Shown: one piece after another, positions 35,445-45,274 of the stretch | Layout of the letters: every line of letters begins with the position of its first letter | Position numbering within the stretch: position 1 is the stretch's first letter | DNA from: a virus | Lineage: Duplodnaviria; Caudoviricetes | Direction: 5' to 3' (one strand) | IMG/VR virus record: IMGVR_UViG_3300037478_000320 | Coordinates: 1-54,218 of that record | DNA length: 54,218 nt | Program-made: the position numbers and the translations under genes | Notes under the pieces: generated by a model | What the model was told of the DNA's origin: nothing | What the model saw: only the letters and a program-made list of their open reading frames with translations | Databases searched by the model: none

Positions 35445-35646
35445 TTGAAAAGGTCCGGCGTCCTGCCGTTAGACGACCGACGATCTCGCCCTTAGGTCCG
35501 CGAGACTCTCCCTTAGGTCCGAGAGCTTGTCGTCGACTCGGATTCGAACCGAGATTTCCGGGGTGCGCGGCGGCCGAGTCGAACGGCCGATCTCCGAGAT
35601 ACTCATCGGAGCGTGTCTCCTGCCCGCGCGGTCGGCGTTAGCCGAC
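35445..35646 (-). ncRNA. Cluster of tRNA-like structures: a D-armless tRNA-like element and a permuted tRNA-like element
   Basis: Two canonical T-arms (GGCCG-TTCGACT-CGGCC; CTCGG-TTCGAAT-CCGAG), complementary acceptor strands, a D-arm, and twin hairpins with GGACCTAAGG loops. Confidence 0.6.
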
Positions 35647-35648
35647 GT

Positions 35649-36245
35649 TTACTTACTGATGCCGAAGCGACTGAGGATGCTGTTGGTCGACGCCGGGCCC
35701 GGCGCTGGGGTCGGAGAGACGGCAGGTGCCTGGGCAGGGGCGGGCGTCTCGGCGGCGACCGCCGGAGCGTGACCGTCGAGCCACTCGCGGGCATTGGTGA
35801 CGGCGTCGGTCGACATTGGGTACGCCGAGTAGACGTTGTTCACGACGGTCTTTTTCGCCTTGGTAAGCTTCTCTCGGCTCTCGACACGAGCCAGGAGCCC
35901 TCGTGCCGCATCGGTCGCCAGGGCGGTGCGAACGGCGTCGAGTTCGGCCCCGAGACCTTCGGCGAAGGCAGCGGCGAAGCTGTTGAAGCGTTTCTGGGCG
36001 TACTGTCCCTCGAGGCCCTGCTTGTCGATGAACCAGACGTCGCCTCGACGCTCGGTCTCGCTCAGAGTGGTGGACTCGAGGATCGAGAACTCGGCTTCGA
36101 TCTTTCGACCGAACTCCCGAGTCTCGGCCACGCGAACCGGTCCGCGGAGGGCGATCACGTGCGTACCAGCGGCGAGCGCTGGAGCGAACTCCGACATGGT
36201 GCCGGCGTCGGCGATCTTGTTCATGATGTCTGCGATAGATGACAT
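35649..36245 (-). CDS. Probable ssDNA-binding/recombination accessory protein
   Basis: 198 aa with a beta-rich core and Pro/Ala tail; lies after the helicase and exonuclease; function from synteny. Confidence 0.5.
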   Translation of the reverse strand: MSSIADIMNKIADAGTMSEFAPALAAGTHVIALRGPVRVAETREFGRKIEAEFSILESTTLSETERRGDVWFIDKQGLEGQYAQKRFNSFAAAFAEGLGAELDAVRTALATDAARGLLARVESREKLTKAKKTVVNNVYSAYPMSTDAVTNAREWLDGHAPAVAAETPAPAQAPAVSPTPAPGPASTNSILSRFGISK

Positions 36246-36358
36246 TTCTACGTTGCTCTTTCCTTCTGTCGTGGGTTGAAGTACCGAGGGGCCCGCAGGA
36301 TCGTGCCTGCGCAGGTCGGGGGTTGACCAAGTCCCCGGACCCCTCGGTCGGTCAGAAA

Positions 36359-38206
36359 TTAGAACGCCGGAGAAAACTCCAATATTCCTGCAATCAATTT
36401 CTGTTCGGCTCCGATCGTCGCCTGGACGTAGGAAGCCCGTAACAGCGCTTTATCTATCTGCTTTGCCAGCTCCGGGGTGTGGGCATAGTACCACGTCAGA
36501 ACACCCCTTTTCTGACCGGGCCTATGGAGCCTTCCGCCTAGCTGCTCCCACGCGGTGGCAGTGCCAGGAGGGTGCCCGACTAGCTGGCGGTGGAACTTGT
36601 ACTGGAGGCCGTTCCTCCCGCGACCGTGGGAATTGATGCTGGCGACAATCGATCGGTCGCCGATCTCGCGGTCGATGATCTTCCCGGCGTCCTTTCCGCC
36701 GGTGTGAAGCGGGAAACCGCCGATCTCGGCGACCCAGAACCCGAAGGCCCTTTCCTGGTACCAGACGATCCCAATGTTGTCAGACGCCCATTTCGCCGCG
36801 TCCTCTGCAATGAACGGGTGCAGTCGAACTTCCTCGGTATCGGGGTTCCGTCCCTTGTTTACGAGAGGCTTGGCCTTGATCCAGCGTTCGTAGTGTTGCG
36901 ATCGCCAGTGAGGGAGAGACTCGTCAGATCCGTCCGTCTTTGCGTGCCAGAAATCTTTCTTTCCGCCGTTAGGGTTAGCGTGAGCTCGAGCGGCGGCTTT
37001 TGCGACCAGGTGTGGTGAGTCAAAGTGAGGTCGGGGGCGGTGGAGCATATCCCGGATTTCCCGCCGCCATGCCTTCCGAGCCGCCAGCCACTCTTCGATC
37101 TGTGGCACCGTCTCACCGTTACGGAAAATCCAGCGGTAGTAGAAGCCACAGGCAATCTGTGACGCGCACTCGAAGTATCTTAGCGAGTCAAGCAACTCCT
37201 CCCCATCGGGGCGGATGTTCTCGTCTCGGAGTTGCTTGAGCGCTTCGGAGACCACGGCGGGGATCGCCGGCGCAGGGCGCTCCTCGATGACGTGGGAGAC
37301 CGTGACTTCCTCCTTTGTCGAGGTGATGACTCCCGGGGTCTCCACAAGTCGCCGATGGAAGGCGCGGTGAATCGTCTCCCCAGGCTCCATCAGGGCTTTG
37401 AGAGCTCCAGGAGGCGCCAGGAATTCGGCCGGGTCGATAGCCTTCGCCCAGTCCTCGACGACCTCGGGATCAAGAGGGAGTGGGGACCCGAGCTTCAGAG
37501 CCATCGCCGCAAGGTGATAATAGTCCCGGATCGAGCTATCGGTCACCGAACCGGACCACCCACAGAAGCGGGTCTCAGGTCGGTCAGCGAAGTATCGAGT
37601 GACCCGCCGGGTGCGAACGGCAGTAGCGTTGCGAATGGAGTCGCACTCGTCGGCGATCAGCGTGTCCGGCCCCAATCGATCCATGAATGTCGTGGCGGCT
37701 GCCATCGACAGCGACTCGTAACTCATGACGTGGAGCACGGGGACGTCAGGAATTCGCGCCACCCAATCGATCCCGTGGACAACTAGGGCGGGGACCCGGA
37801 AGTGTTCGCGGATCAGCAGATACTCACTTACGAGCTGGTCCCGAAGCTTCGCGGGAACGAGAAGCAGAGCCGTCTTGCAGTCCCGCATAGCCAAAGGCGA
37901 CAGGACCCCGAGCAGAGTCTTACCATCGCCGACGTTTACGAATCCGAGAAGTCCCTGACGTAGCCCTATCTCATAGAGCGCCCATGCCTGGGTAAGTCGT
38001 AGGCGTTCGATACACGGCCGTCCGGGGCTGATCTCGGCGCACTGGCACGACGGGTTGTCGATGGCGTAGCGCTCGGTGATCAATTCGATGAGAGCCTCGC
38101 CGGTGAGATTGTCAGGCTTCGGCCGGCGCGGGAGTGCCAGGATCCGCTTTAGGTCTTTGCTGGGGAGAACTGGCGGCTTGCACCATTGATCGCGAGCGTT
38201 GTACAA
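36359..38206 (-). CDS. Superfamily 2 (SNF2-like) helicase
   Basis: G.GKT, DECD, SGS, G.GRNGLQ and EQ..GR.HR.GQ motifs. Confidence 0.88.
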   Translation of the reverse strand: MYNARDQWCKPPVLPSKDLKRILALPRRPKPDNLTGEALIELITERYAIDNPSCQCAEISPGRPCIERLRLTQAWALYEIGLRQGLLGFVNVGDGKTLLGVLSPLAMRDCKTALLLVPAKLRDQLVSEYLLIREHFRVPALVVHGIDWVARIPDVPVLHVMSYESLSMAAATTFMDRLGPDTLIADECDSIRNATAVRTRRVTRYFADRPETRFCGWSGSVTDSSIRDYYHLAAMALKLGSPLPLDPEVVEDWAKAIDPAEFLAPPGALKALMEPGETIHRAFHRRLVETPGVITSTKEEVTVSHVIEERPAPAIPAVVSEALKQLRDENIRPDGEELLDSLRYFECASQIACGFYYRWIFRNGETVPQIEEWLAARKAWRREIRDMLHRPRPHFDSPHLVAKAAARAHANPNGGKKDFWHAKTDGSDESLPHWRSQHYERWIKAKPLVNKGRNPDTEEVRLHPFIAEDAAKWASDNIGIVWYQERAFGFWVAEIGGFPLHTGGKDAGKIIDREIGDRSIVASINSHGRGRNGLQYKFHRQLVGHPPGTATAWEQLGGRLHRPGQKRGVLTWYYAHTPELAKQIDKALLRASYVQATIGAEQKLIAGILEFSPAF

Positions 38207-38211
38207 GACCG

Positions 38212-38535
38212 TTAGCCACGACGATCCAGCGATGTCTGGACGGGATCGAGTTCCTGAACGCTCTCGAGGATCTCCATCCGATATTTGGAGCCACTTTGAG
38301 TGCGAAATAGGATCTCGTCGGAGTGTTCACCGATCGCGACGACTCGAGACGTGCTGAGAGCTACCCCTGGGGCGGCGAAACTCCCTGCTTCTCCTTCGTA
38401 GACGTGGAAGCCCTTGCCGACCTTCGGGAGGTATGCGTAACCGGTGAACCCGTCGCCGTCGATGCCGGTCGATGACGGCGGCCTGCCTCGGTGCCCCTTA
38501 CCACGAGAGATCCTCTTGAGTCTGACTTTGACCAT
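38212..38535 (-). CDS. Hypothetical protein
   Basis: STS.V......F.T.SGS.Y pattern; start approximate. Confidence 0.5.
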   Translation of the reverse strand: MVKVRLKRISRGKGHRGRPPSSTGIDGDGFTGYAYLPKVGKGFHVYEGEAGSFAAPGVALSTSRVVAIGEHSDEILFRTQSGSKYRMEILESVQELDPVQTSLDRRG

Positions 38536-38828
38536 CACAGCGGCCTCGCTCCGGGCTGAGCGGTCGGCTCGTCGCCCCAGATCTCCTGTCGGGTCTTCCT
38601 GATCTTGGCTAGCCACTCGTCGTCTGACAGATGCCTTGATCCGGTGCTGGTCGGCTCTGGTCGCTCGTAAGCTCGAGCGTCGACCGCTTCCAGGATCCCG
38701 AGCGCCAGAGTCAGCGCCTTTGATGCGATCTGCGCGTCAGTTGGCCTCTCGGACATCATGCGGTTTCTCGCGTAGCCACTCGACACGAGTTCTGTCGTCA
38801 TGGCGGCGATTAGTTCTCGGTCGGTCAT
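38535..38828 (-). CDS. Hypothetical protein
   Basis: ATGA coupling to the exonuclease stop. Confidence 0.55.
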   Translation of the reverse strand: MTDRELIAAMTTELVSSGYARNRMMSERPTDAQIASKALTLALGILEAVDARAYERPEPTSTGSRHLSDDEWLAKIRKTRQEIWGDEPTAQPGARPL

Positions 38829-40684
38829 CGCATCCCTCTAACGTACCCGCCGGGGGCGCAGCGCGGGCGGATCGCTTCGGCGACCACGGCGGCGAACTCC
38901 GTGCGCGAGTCGATGACGTAAACGCCGGGCTCGAGCTCGGACTCACGGACCAGGGCGGCGAGGGCGCCTTTCCACTTGCCAAACGCGAGCGGGGATTTCT
39001 CCGGCGCGCAGCGGATATCCGCCGCGCCGCAGTTCTCGGCGAGCTTGGCGGCGAGATCGTCGGCCCAGCGATCGAGGGACTTCGCCGGGACCTCCGGGTA
39101 GCAGTCCACGTAGACGCGGATTCGCTGATCTTCCTCGTAGGCGGTTGTGATCTCTTCCAGGGCTTTCCGGCGACCGGCGGCGTAGGCGTCGTCGACGGCC
39201 TTTTTCACTTCGCTCTTAGGGATTCCCCCGACCGGGGCGCCGGCGCCTTCGTTCGTGGATAGAGCGACGATCGCTTCCTCGAGGACTTCGGCGGCGTTCT
39301 GTCGCTCCTTCTTGCCGCACTTGCTCCCCTTGAGCAGATCCAGGGCGGCGGCGACGGGGCTCTCGACGGCGGCGCACGCTTCCGCCACGGCTTCCGGCGT
39401 CGAGTGACCCTCGACCGGGTCAGTCCTGGGATAGGCTTCAACTTCCTCGGAGGTCGGCGTCGGGATGAAAGACTTGGTCGCCGGAATCGGAGGCTCATAG
39501 ATCAGGACGTCCACCGGAGCGGGCGAAAACCCCTCGACGGGCTCGGCGGCGAGCTCCGGTTTCGACTTCGGGGCGTCCGGGGGCAGAATGGCAGGGACGT
39601 CGTTCTCCACCGGGTCGGGAACGTTGAGCTCCTGGGCGAGCTGCACGATCTCGACGGCCTTCGACAGCGTCGCCTGAGCCAGGGTCCCCGACGGAGGGGG
39701 AGCGTCACGCCAGCGAGCGGCGGCCTCACCGGTGAGATTAGGGATGCCGTGCCCGGAGCGCACGATCTTGTCCACGGCGATGATGATCTCGCCGACGGTC
39801 GGCCCGTCAGGGATGTTGGCGGCGGCGGCCTCCGCGGCCTTCAGCTGGTCTTTGATGGCGGCGAGGCCGGGAATCTGTAGCAAGCTCATGGGTTTCTCTC
39901 CTGTTAGGTGTGCTGCGCCGGCGGCGCCGAAAATGTCGACCAGGGTCTGGTCTCGGGATGTCGGGCAATACGTGGCGTGAGGACAGCCGCCGTATGCCTT
40001 GCAGGATTTCGTGTTCGCCGGGACCTGAGAACATTCTGACTCGCGGGCCCAGTCAATCATGGAACGCGCTACGCCCTCGGCTCTATTCCAGCGCCGAGAA
40101 ATATCTGACCTGGTGACGGCGATCGATTTCTTTTCTGACTTGCGAACCTTCGTCGAGAAATAGACGTGCGTCAGGCGGATCTCGAGGACTTCGTAGCGCC
40201 GGGCGGCCCATTCCCCATAGGCGACCATTGGGATCATGTCTGGGAGCTTGTTCGACGGCGTGGCGTAATCAAGGTTGCCGGTGAACTTCCAGTCGCGGAT
40301 CTCGACGGACTTGGGCAGCCTCGGGATCACCAAGTCGATAAATCCGACCACCGGAATCCCCGCGGCGGTCAGGATCCCGTCGTCTATGGAGTGCTCGATT
40401 AGCAGGCTCGAGTCAGGGTCGGGGATGTAGTGCTTGCCGGCTAGGATCGTCCGGTCTAGCGCCTTCTGTCCCGTGCGCAGGTAGTTCTCGATCTGCTCGT
40501 GGAGCTCGGTGCCCCGCGCCTGCGCCTTGGAGGTTGGCTCCTTCTTTCCGGCAACCTTATTGAACCACCAGCGACGCGGACAGCCCCCGTAGGACTCGGC
40601 GTCGGCGCTGGCGATCTGGCTGGGGCTTAGGTACTGAATGACGCCGTCGACGACGGCTTTGCCGCGGGTCCAGACTCTAGGCAC
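38825..40684 (-). CDS. Cas4/RecB-like PD-(D/E)xK exonuclease with long C-terminal extension
   Basis: LSPS, CPR.W, GT..H, G.IDL, DWK, and Fe-S-type C....GC.....C; Pro/Glu-rich linker and extra C-terminal domain. Confidence 0.85.
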   Translation of the reverse strand: MPRVWTRGKAVVDGVIQYLSPSQIASADAESYGGCPRRWWFNKVAGKKEPTSKAQARGTELHEQIENYLRTGQKALDRTILAGKHYIPDPDSSLLIEHSIDDGILTAAGIPVVGFIDLVIPRLPKSVEIRDWKFTGNLDYATPSNKLPDMIPMVAYGEWAARRYEVLEIRLTHVYFSTKVRKSEKKSIAVTRSDISRRWNRAEGVARSMIDWARESECSQVPANTKSCKAYGGCPHATYCPTSRDQTLVDIFGAAGAAHLTGEKPMSLLQIPGLAAIKDQLKAAEAAAANIPDGPTVGEIIIAVDKIVRSGHGIPNLTGEAAARWRDAPPPSGTLAQATLSKAVEIVQLAQELNVPDPVENDVPAILPPDAPKSKPELAAEPVEGFSPAPVDVLIYEPPIPATKSFIPTPTSEEVEAYPRTDPVEGHSTPEAVAEACAAVESPVAAALDLLKGSKCGKKERQNAAEVLEEAIVALSTNEGAGAPVGGIPKSEVKKAVDDAYAAGRRKALEEITTAYEEDQRIRVYVDCYPEVPAKSLDRWADDLAAKLAENCGAADIRCAPEKSPLAFGKWKGALAALVRESELEPGVYVIDSRTEFAAVVAEAIRPRCAPGGYVRGMR

Positions 40685-41009
40685 CTAGGCTCCCCGGGTC
40701 GGAGTCGGCTTGTACGCGGGGTGCGCCCTCGCGACAGTCTCGTTATGAATCTCCGCGGCTAGATCTTCGATCTCGTTCTCGATGCCACAGAACTCGCAGT
40801 TGTCATCGGCGCCGCAGTTAATGCAGAGTTCAGAGTGACCGCGACACTTGCCGTAGCGAACGATCAGAGCGGTCGCCTTCTCCCCTCTGTCAGCCAGCTC
40901 GAGCAGACCACGGAGAAACTTGTAGCTGGTCTGCCACGCCTGCGCGTCGGGGCAGTCGTCCATTAGCTCGGAGAGTTCCTGACGATCCTCGGGACTGGGG
41001 ATTTTCATC
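40685..41009 (-). CDS. Hypothetical protein with Cys cluster
   Basis: C..H...C..C....C..C; start approximate. Confidence 0.5.
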
Positions 41010-41994
41010 AGGATCCCTCCTTGTGCTGCCCGGTGCCGTCGCTGTTCAGAACCCACTCACGCGAGCGGTTGATCGCCATCTTGCGATCGACGGCTTCGTG
41101 AAGATCGAGGCCGAAACACGAAGCCATGCGGTATAGAGTGATGACCACGTCGGCGGACTCCTCGACGGCTTTGCTGGACATGTTCTCCGTCATCAGGTCT
41201 TCCAGCTCGCGCCACTCCTTGCGTGCGCGGCAGAAAGCCTTGAGAGGTGTTACCGAGCCGAATGTCTCCCGCGCCCAGTCGTTGATCGTCTCCTGGTTCT
41301 CGTGAGTGCGACCGAATCGTTGGAACAGTTCCGACACGGTCAGTCGCTCACGCGAGAGGCTGTTGTGGAGTTTTGTGTTTACTTGACGGTATTCGGAGAT
41401 CTCCTTCTCCGCCTGGCGCGCTTTCTCTGCATGCGCATTTCTCTCCGTGGTGAGGTTGCGTAGCGCTACACGAGCGTCCTCGAGGTCCTGTCGGGCTTCG
41501 TCGCGCTCGGCGGAGAGTTCGTCGCACTCCTGTGTGTTAAGCGCTTCAAAATAAGGGACACCCACGTCAGGGTTCAGGAACCACCCAGACGATTTCCGAC
41601 CTGCTTCGAGAAGCCAGGAGATTCGCTCGTGAAGTTTGCCGATCTCCGCTCGGGATTCGGCTAGCGCTTTCTCCGCCTTGTCTCGGCACCGCTCGGCGAG
41701 GATCTTGGAGTCTTTCGCCCGACGGCCGAGTTCTTCGGCGTCGTGTAGCTTCCAGAGAAGCTCGTTAACGTGCTCGAGTGAGTCGCTGTGGAGCGCGATC
41801 TCTGCTTCGCTGGCTCTGAGGGCTTCGTCTCGCTCCTTCTCCTCCTGTACTCGTCGATTGATCTGCTCTTCGAGTTCCTCGAACCGGCGTTCGCTCTCGG
41901 CTCTGGCTGTGTCTCGCTCGGTCTCGGCGTGTTGAAGCTTTAACTGCAGGATCTCGATAACCTCCTCCGGCGTGCCGAATACGATGTAACTCAT
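41008..41994 (-). CDS. Coiled-coil protein with C-terminal MazG-like (dATP/dGTP pyrophosphohydrolase-like) domain
   Basis: W...TFG, E..EL, EE.ADV, KM.IN..R.W motifs after ~230 aa of coiled coil. Confidence 0.75.
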   Translation of the reverse strand: MSYIVFGTPEEVIEILQLKLQHAETERDTARAESERRFEELEEQINRRVQEEKERDEALRASEAEIALHSDSLEHVNELLWKLHDAEELGRRAKDSKILAERCRDKAEKALAESRAEIGKLHERISWLLEAGRKSSGWFLNPDVGVPYFEALNTQECDELSAERDEARQDLEDARVALRNLTTERNAHAEKARQAEKEISEYRQVNTKLHNSLSRERLTVSELFQRFGRTHENQETINDWARETFGSVTPLKAFCRARKEWRELEDLMTENMSSKAVEESADVVITLYRMASCFGLDLHEAVDRKMAINRSREWVLNSDGTGQHKEGS

Positions 41995-42112
41995 TTGCTT
42001 CCCTTCTGGAGATACTTCTCGATCTCTTCGTGAGCATCTTGACCGCGCTTCTGGTTCTCGGTCAGAGCGTTCTCCCTGCCGTACTTGAACCACCAACGGC
42101 TAAGGCAGTCGT

Positions 42113-42715
42113 TCACAACAGCCCCCTGAAGCTCGTAGCCGCGCCACCGCAGAGCTGCCCATTAGAGCAGCTCCGGTAATGCGTCACGATGCCGACGAGA
42201 AACCCCCTCGAGTCGTAGATCGCGCCGCCGGAATTCCCGGGCTCCGTGATCGCCGAGTGCTTCATGTCGCCTGGCTTTGGTCCCCAGGATTCAACCCAGC
42301 CGCAGCGACGGACGCGGTACGGCGACGCACCGACAAGGCAGACCCGCTCGTCGATCCTAGGTTTCGGTCCATACTGCACCACCGAACCCTTAAGCTCGGG
42401 AACGTAGAGCTTCGCGACGTCTTCGTCTTCGTCGCCGACCAGGAGCTCCGCCTTGTACGCGTTGCCCCGCCAGTCATCGATCGCGATCCCGAGCTTGCCG
42501 GGACACTCTACGACGTGGTTCGCGGTGATCACCGAGAAGTCCTCGACGATGACACCGCTCCCCCCTGCCATGAACATTTGATCGCCCACGGCGCAGACTA
42601 CCGTGACCTTGACGGCGGAAGCGACTTGCTCCGCGGGCGTACGGCCGGGCCGGGATTCCCCTGCGCGTGGGTAGGCGCAGGAAACGATAAACAGAGCGGC
42701 AGTCAGAAACTTCAC
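42113..42715 (-). CDS. Trypsin-like serine protease, probable lipoprotein
   Basis: TANHV, DVA.L and GNSGG triad motifs; signal-like KFLTAALFIVS-C. Confidence 0.85.
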   Translation of the reverse strand: MKFLTAALFIVSCAYPRAGESRPGRTPAEQVASAVKVTVVCAVGDQMFMAGGSGVIVEDFSVITANHVVECPGKLGIAIDDWRGNAYKAELLVGDEDEDVAKLYVPELKGSVVQYGPKPRIDERVCLVGASPYRVRRCGWVESWGPKPGDMKHSAITEPGNSGGAIYDSRGFLVGIVTHYRSCSNGQLCGGAATSFRGLL

Positions 42716-42909
42716 TGAGAGATCCTTTCTCGAATAAGGAGCGCCATGACCCGATACGCCTTGGCTGCCTCCACTGCGCCATCCATATGGGAGATTGCTT
42801 CCCAATCACCTGCGAGGTCGTCGGCTTCGTCGGCCAACTCCTCCAGAACGGCTTGCCAGCGGGCAGCCACCCCGAGCGGTCCCGGGTCCAGCAGAACGTG
42901 ATTACTCAT
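42712..42909 (-). CDS. Small hypothetical protein
   Basis: GTGA coupling to the protease start. Confidence 0.5.
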   Translation of the reverse strand: MSNHVLLDPGPLGVAARWQAVLEELADEADDLAGDWEAISHMDGAVEAAKAYRVMALLIRERISQ

Positions 42910-42953
42910 AGTCAGAGAACGTCGGAGGCGTCAGAGAAAATTCCGACGCCCCG

Positions 42954-45080
42954 TTATTTACCCGTCGCCAGCGGCCCGAGCTCACGGCGTCCGGCTTCGG
43001 TGATCACCCAACCCACGGGCTTCTTTCCGAGTAGGTGCTGAGCGACAAGTCCACGGCGGAACAGGTCGGCGAGGATGATATTCACTCGCGCCTGTTGTCC
43101 CTTGACCTTGGTTCTGACGGCGGCCTGCGTCATATGCCGCTTGCCGCCGGGCATGAGGGAGTAAGCGTCTCCCAGGGCCTCGAGGATCGCCCCTTCGTCC
43201 TCCGCGGAGCCCTGCTTGCCCTGCGCGGTGTCCCACGTCGCTTTGACGGCTTCCCCTGCGAGGTCGTCTTCGAGGGTGAGCGTCACGGAGAACCGGCCGG
43301 CACCGCGGGCGGACTTGATCTCGCTGGTGACGTCGGTCTCGAAGCGACAGCGACCGTCCCCCGCCGGTGCTCCGAGGTAGATACCGGAATCGACGGAGCC
43401 GTGGATCGCACCGGAGCCTCGCATTTTCTGACCGGCGCGGCGCTTCGAAGTGTCCCCGGTCGACTTCGCCGAGTGGTGGCAGCCGAGGACCGTACAGCCC
43501 GCGACGGTCTCGATCGCACGCAAGCGGCGCATGACTTCGGACATGTCGTCGCTCTTGTCCTCCTGCCCCGAGTGCAGATCGCGAAGGGGCTCGAGGATCA
43601 GGAGCTCGACCTTGCCGGAGTCCCGCTCGATTCTCCGAAGCGACGCGATCACCAGCGCCAGGTCTTCGTCGCGGAGCAAGTCCAGGAACCGCCCACGGGG
43701 CTGGACGTGGAGCATCGCCGTACCCTCTTCGATGGAGAGATCGCGGCCGGCGATAATGGCGCGGGAACGGTTGCGGACCGACCGATCGAAGTCCTCGGCA
43801 AAGAAGTAGGCCACGCGCCGGGGCTTGCCGGTCGGAAACTTCCCGCAGACGGGGGTTCCGGTGGCGACTCCGAGCGCGATCTCGCAAGCGATCCACGTCT
43901 TGATCGACTTGGGTTCGCCCGCGATCAGCCCCGTACCCCCTTCGGTCAGGAGTCCCTCGACGAGCCAGAGCGTCGGCGGATACGTCTTCGTGTGAAGGTT
44001 GATCGCCGGCTCGAACAGGAGCTTGACCTCTCCTGCTTTACTCTCGTTTCGCAGGGCAGCGCGAACGTCGACGAGTGCCTGGGCGAATAGCTCGCCGTCG
44101 GAGCCGAGCTCGGGGGCAGGCAGGGAGATATCGACCGGGTCGGGAATCCAGTCGATCCCGAGCCACTTGCAGGCTTCGCCGACGGCGCCAGCGGGGATTC
44201 GCTTCGCCAGGGTGGGCCAGCCGCTAACGTCCTCACCGGCGGCGACCTTGGCGATCGAGCTAGATACCTGCGCAGAGCGCTTGTCGGGCTCCCCAGAGTC
44301 GCCGTTGACCGTGGCGGCGATGGCGGTGATGAAGTCTTCGGCGCGCTCCTGGGGCCAGCCAGCGTGTGCTAGGGCGCCGGCGAGGGCAAGGCTCGCGTAG
44401 TGCCGCCCGCGCTCCGGCCAGTGCCGGGCTAGCAGGGTAGCGGCGGCGTTGTCGGCGGTGCTGGAAAGACCTGTGACCTCGATACCTTGCCTTGGTTCGT
44501 ATCGGGATCCCGGTAGGGTTATCGATTTCTCGATACGCGCAGGCAAATTTCCCACGGCGAACGTCTTGCCTTGGTTCCGCTCCGCAACGAACGCAGTGCC
44601 CTTAGGGCGGCTCGGCAGAAAGAAGATCCTGCTTGCGTCGGACGTGGCTTCGTCGGCAGGTATTCCTAACGAGGCCATCGCCTGTGGCCAGAATACTTGC
44701 CATTGGTCCCCGGGCACGGGGCGGTCGAGAGGGATGACGACGCGGAGACAGCGATCGCCGGGCCGGTCAGAGTGGCTGGCGTGGGCGATGTACTCGTACT
44801 TCTCGATCTTCTCGGCGGAGGCGAGCAGCTCAGACTCTGTCATATGATCGAGATCGACGACCAGGGCGTTGACCTGCTTGACGTTCTTTTTAGCCCGGGG
44901 TCCGTCGAAGACCGCCGGCGACCACGCCGGACCGAGCTTGTGGGGGCAGCTAGATCCCTCGCAGTGTACGCAGTCGGTCTCCCTGACGTGCGCCAGTAGA
45001 GTAGACAATTCGTCCCAGGTCAGATCGACCTTTTTCGGAGCGTTGTCCGTCTCCGACGCGAAGTAGCTGAGCTCCATCAA
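42954..45080 (-). CDS. Primase-helicase (AEP-like primase, AAA_25/RecA-like helicase, C-terminal wHTH)
   Basis: V.D.D, H.S.S and R.V.PL primase motifs; GEPKSIKT, F.ED, HH..K and RGSGA helicase motifs. Confidence 0.88.
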   Translation of the reverse strand: MMELSYFASETDNAPKKVDLTWDELSTLLAHVRETDCVHCEGSSCPHKLGPAWSPAVFDGPRAKKNVKQVNALVVDLDHMTESELLASAEKIEKYEYIAHASHSDRPGDRCLRVVIPLDRPVPGDQWQVFWPQAMASLGIPADEATSDASRIFFLPSRPKGTAFVAERNQGKTFAVGNLPARIEKSITLPGSRYEPRQGIEVTGLSSTADNAAATLLARHWPERGRHYASLALAGALAHAGWPQERAEDFITAIAATVNGDSGEPDKRSAQVSSSIAKVAAGEDVSGWPTLAKRIPAGAVGEACKWLGIDWIPDPVDISLPAPELGSDGELFAQALVDVRAALRNESKAGEVKLLFEPAINLHTKTYPPTLWLVEGLLTEGGTGLIAGEPKSIKTWIACEIALGVATGTPVCGKFPTGKPRRVAYFFAEDFDRSVRNRSRAIIAGRDLSIEEGTAMLHVQPRGRFLDLLRDEDLALVIASLRRIERDSGKVELLILEPLRDLHSGQEDKSDDMSEVMRRLRAIETVAGCTVLGCHHSAKSTGDTSKRRAGQKMRGSGAIHGSVDSGIYLGAPAGDGRCRFETDVTSEIKSARGAGRFSVTLTLEDDLAGEAVKATWDTAQGKQGSAEDEGAILEALGDAYSLMPGGKRHMTQAAVRTKVKGQQARVNIILADLFRRGLVAQHLLGKKPVGWVITEAGRRELGPLATGK

Positions 45081-45274
45081 TTTCCGACGATTTGCCAGCC
45101 GCCATCGAACGTTGCGCGTTGTGCTTTGACCAGTCGCCGCAGGGAGCCAGCGACGTTCAGTTGTCTGCCAAGTAGCTTGCAGACGGTGTAACTGACGTCG
45201 ATGGTCTTGATCCCCGGGTGCTCGAGGAGTACCGAACGAACCACGGCGTCGAGGGCGTCGTCAGTGATTTCCAT
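45077..45274 (-). CDS. Small wHTH-like protein
   Basis: PGI.T..V......V..SL.RL pattern; coupled to the primase start. Confidence 0.5.
   Translation of the reverse strand: MEITDDALDAVVRSVLLEHPGIKTIDVSYTVCKLLGRQLNVAGSLRRLVKAQRATFDGGWQIVGN

Noticed and set aside
38825-40684. Cas4 as an adaptation module for the array
   Set aside because: It lies 17 kb away in the usual helicase-exonuclease-SSB replication context; stand-alone Cas4-like nucleases are common in phages
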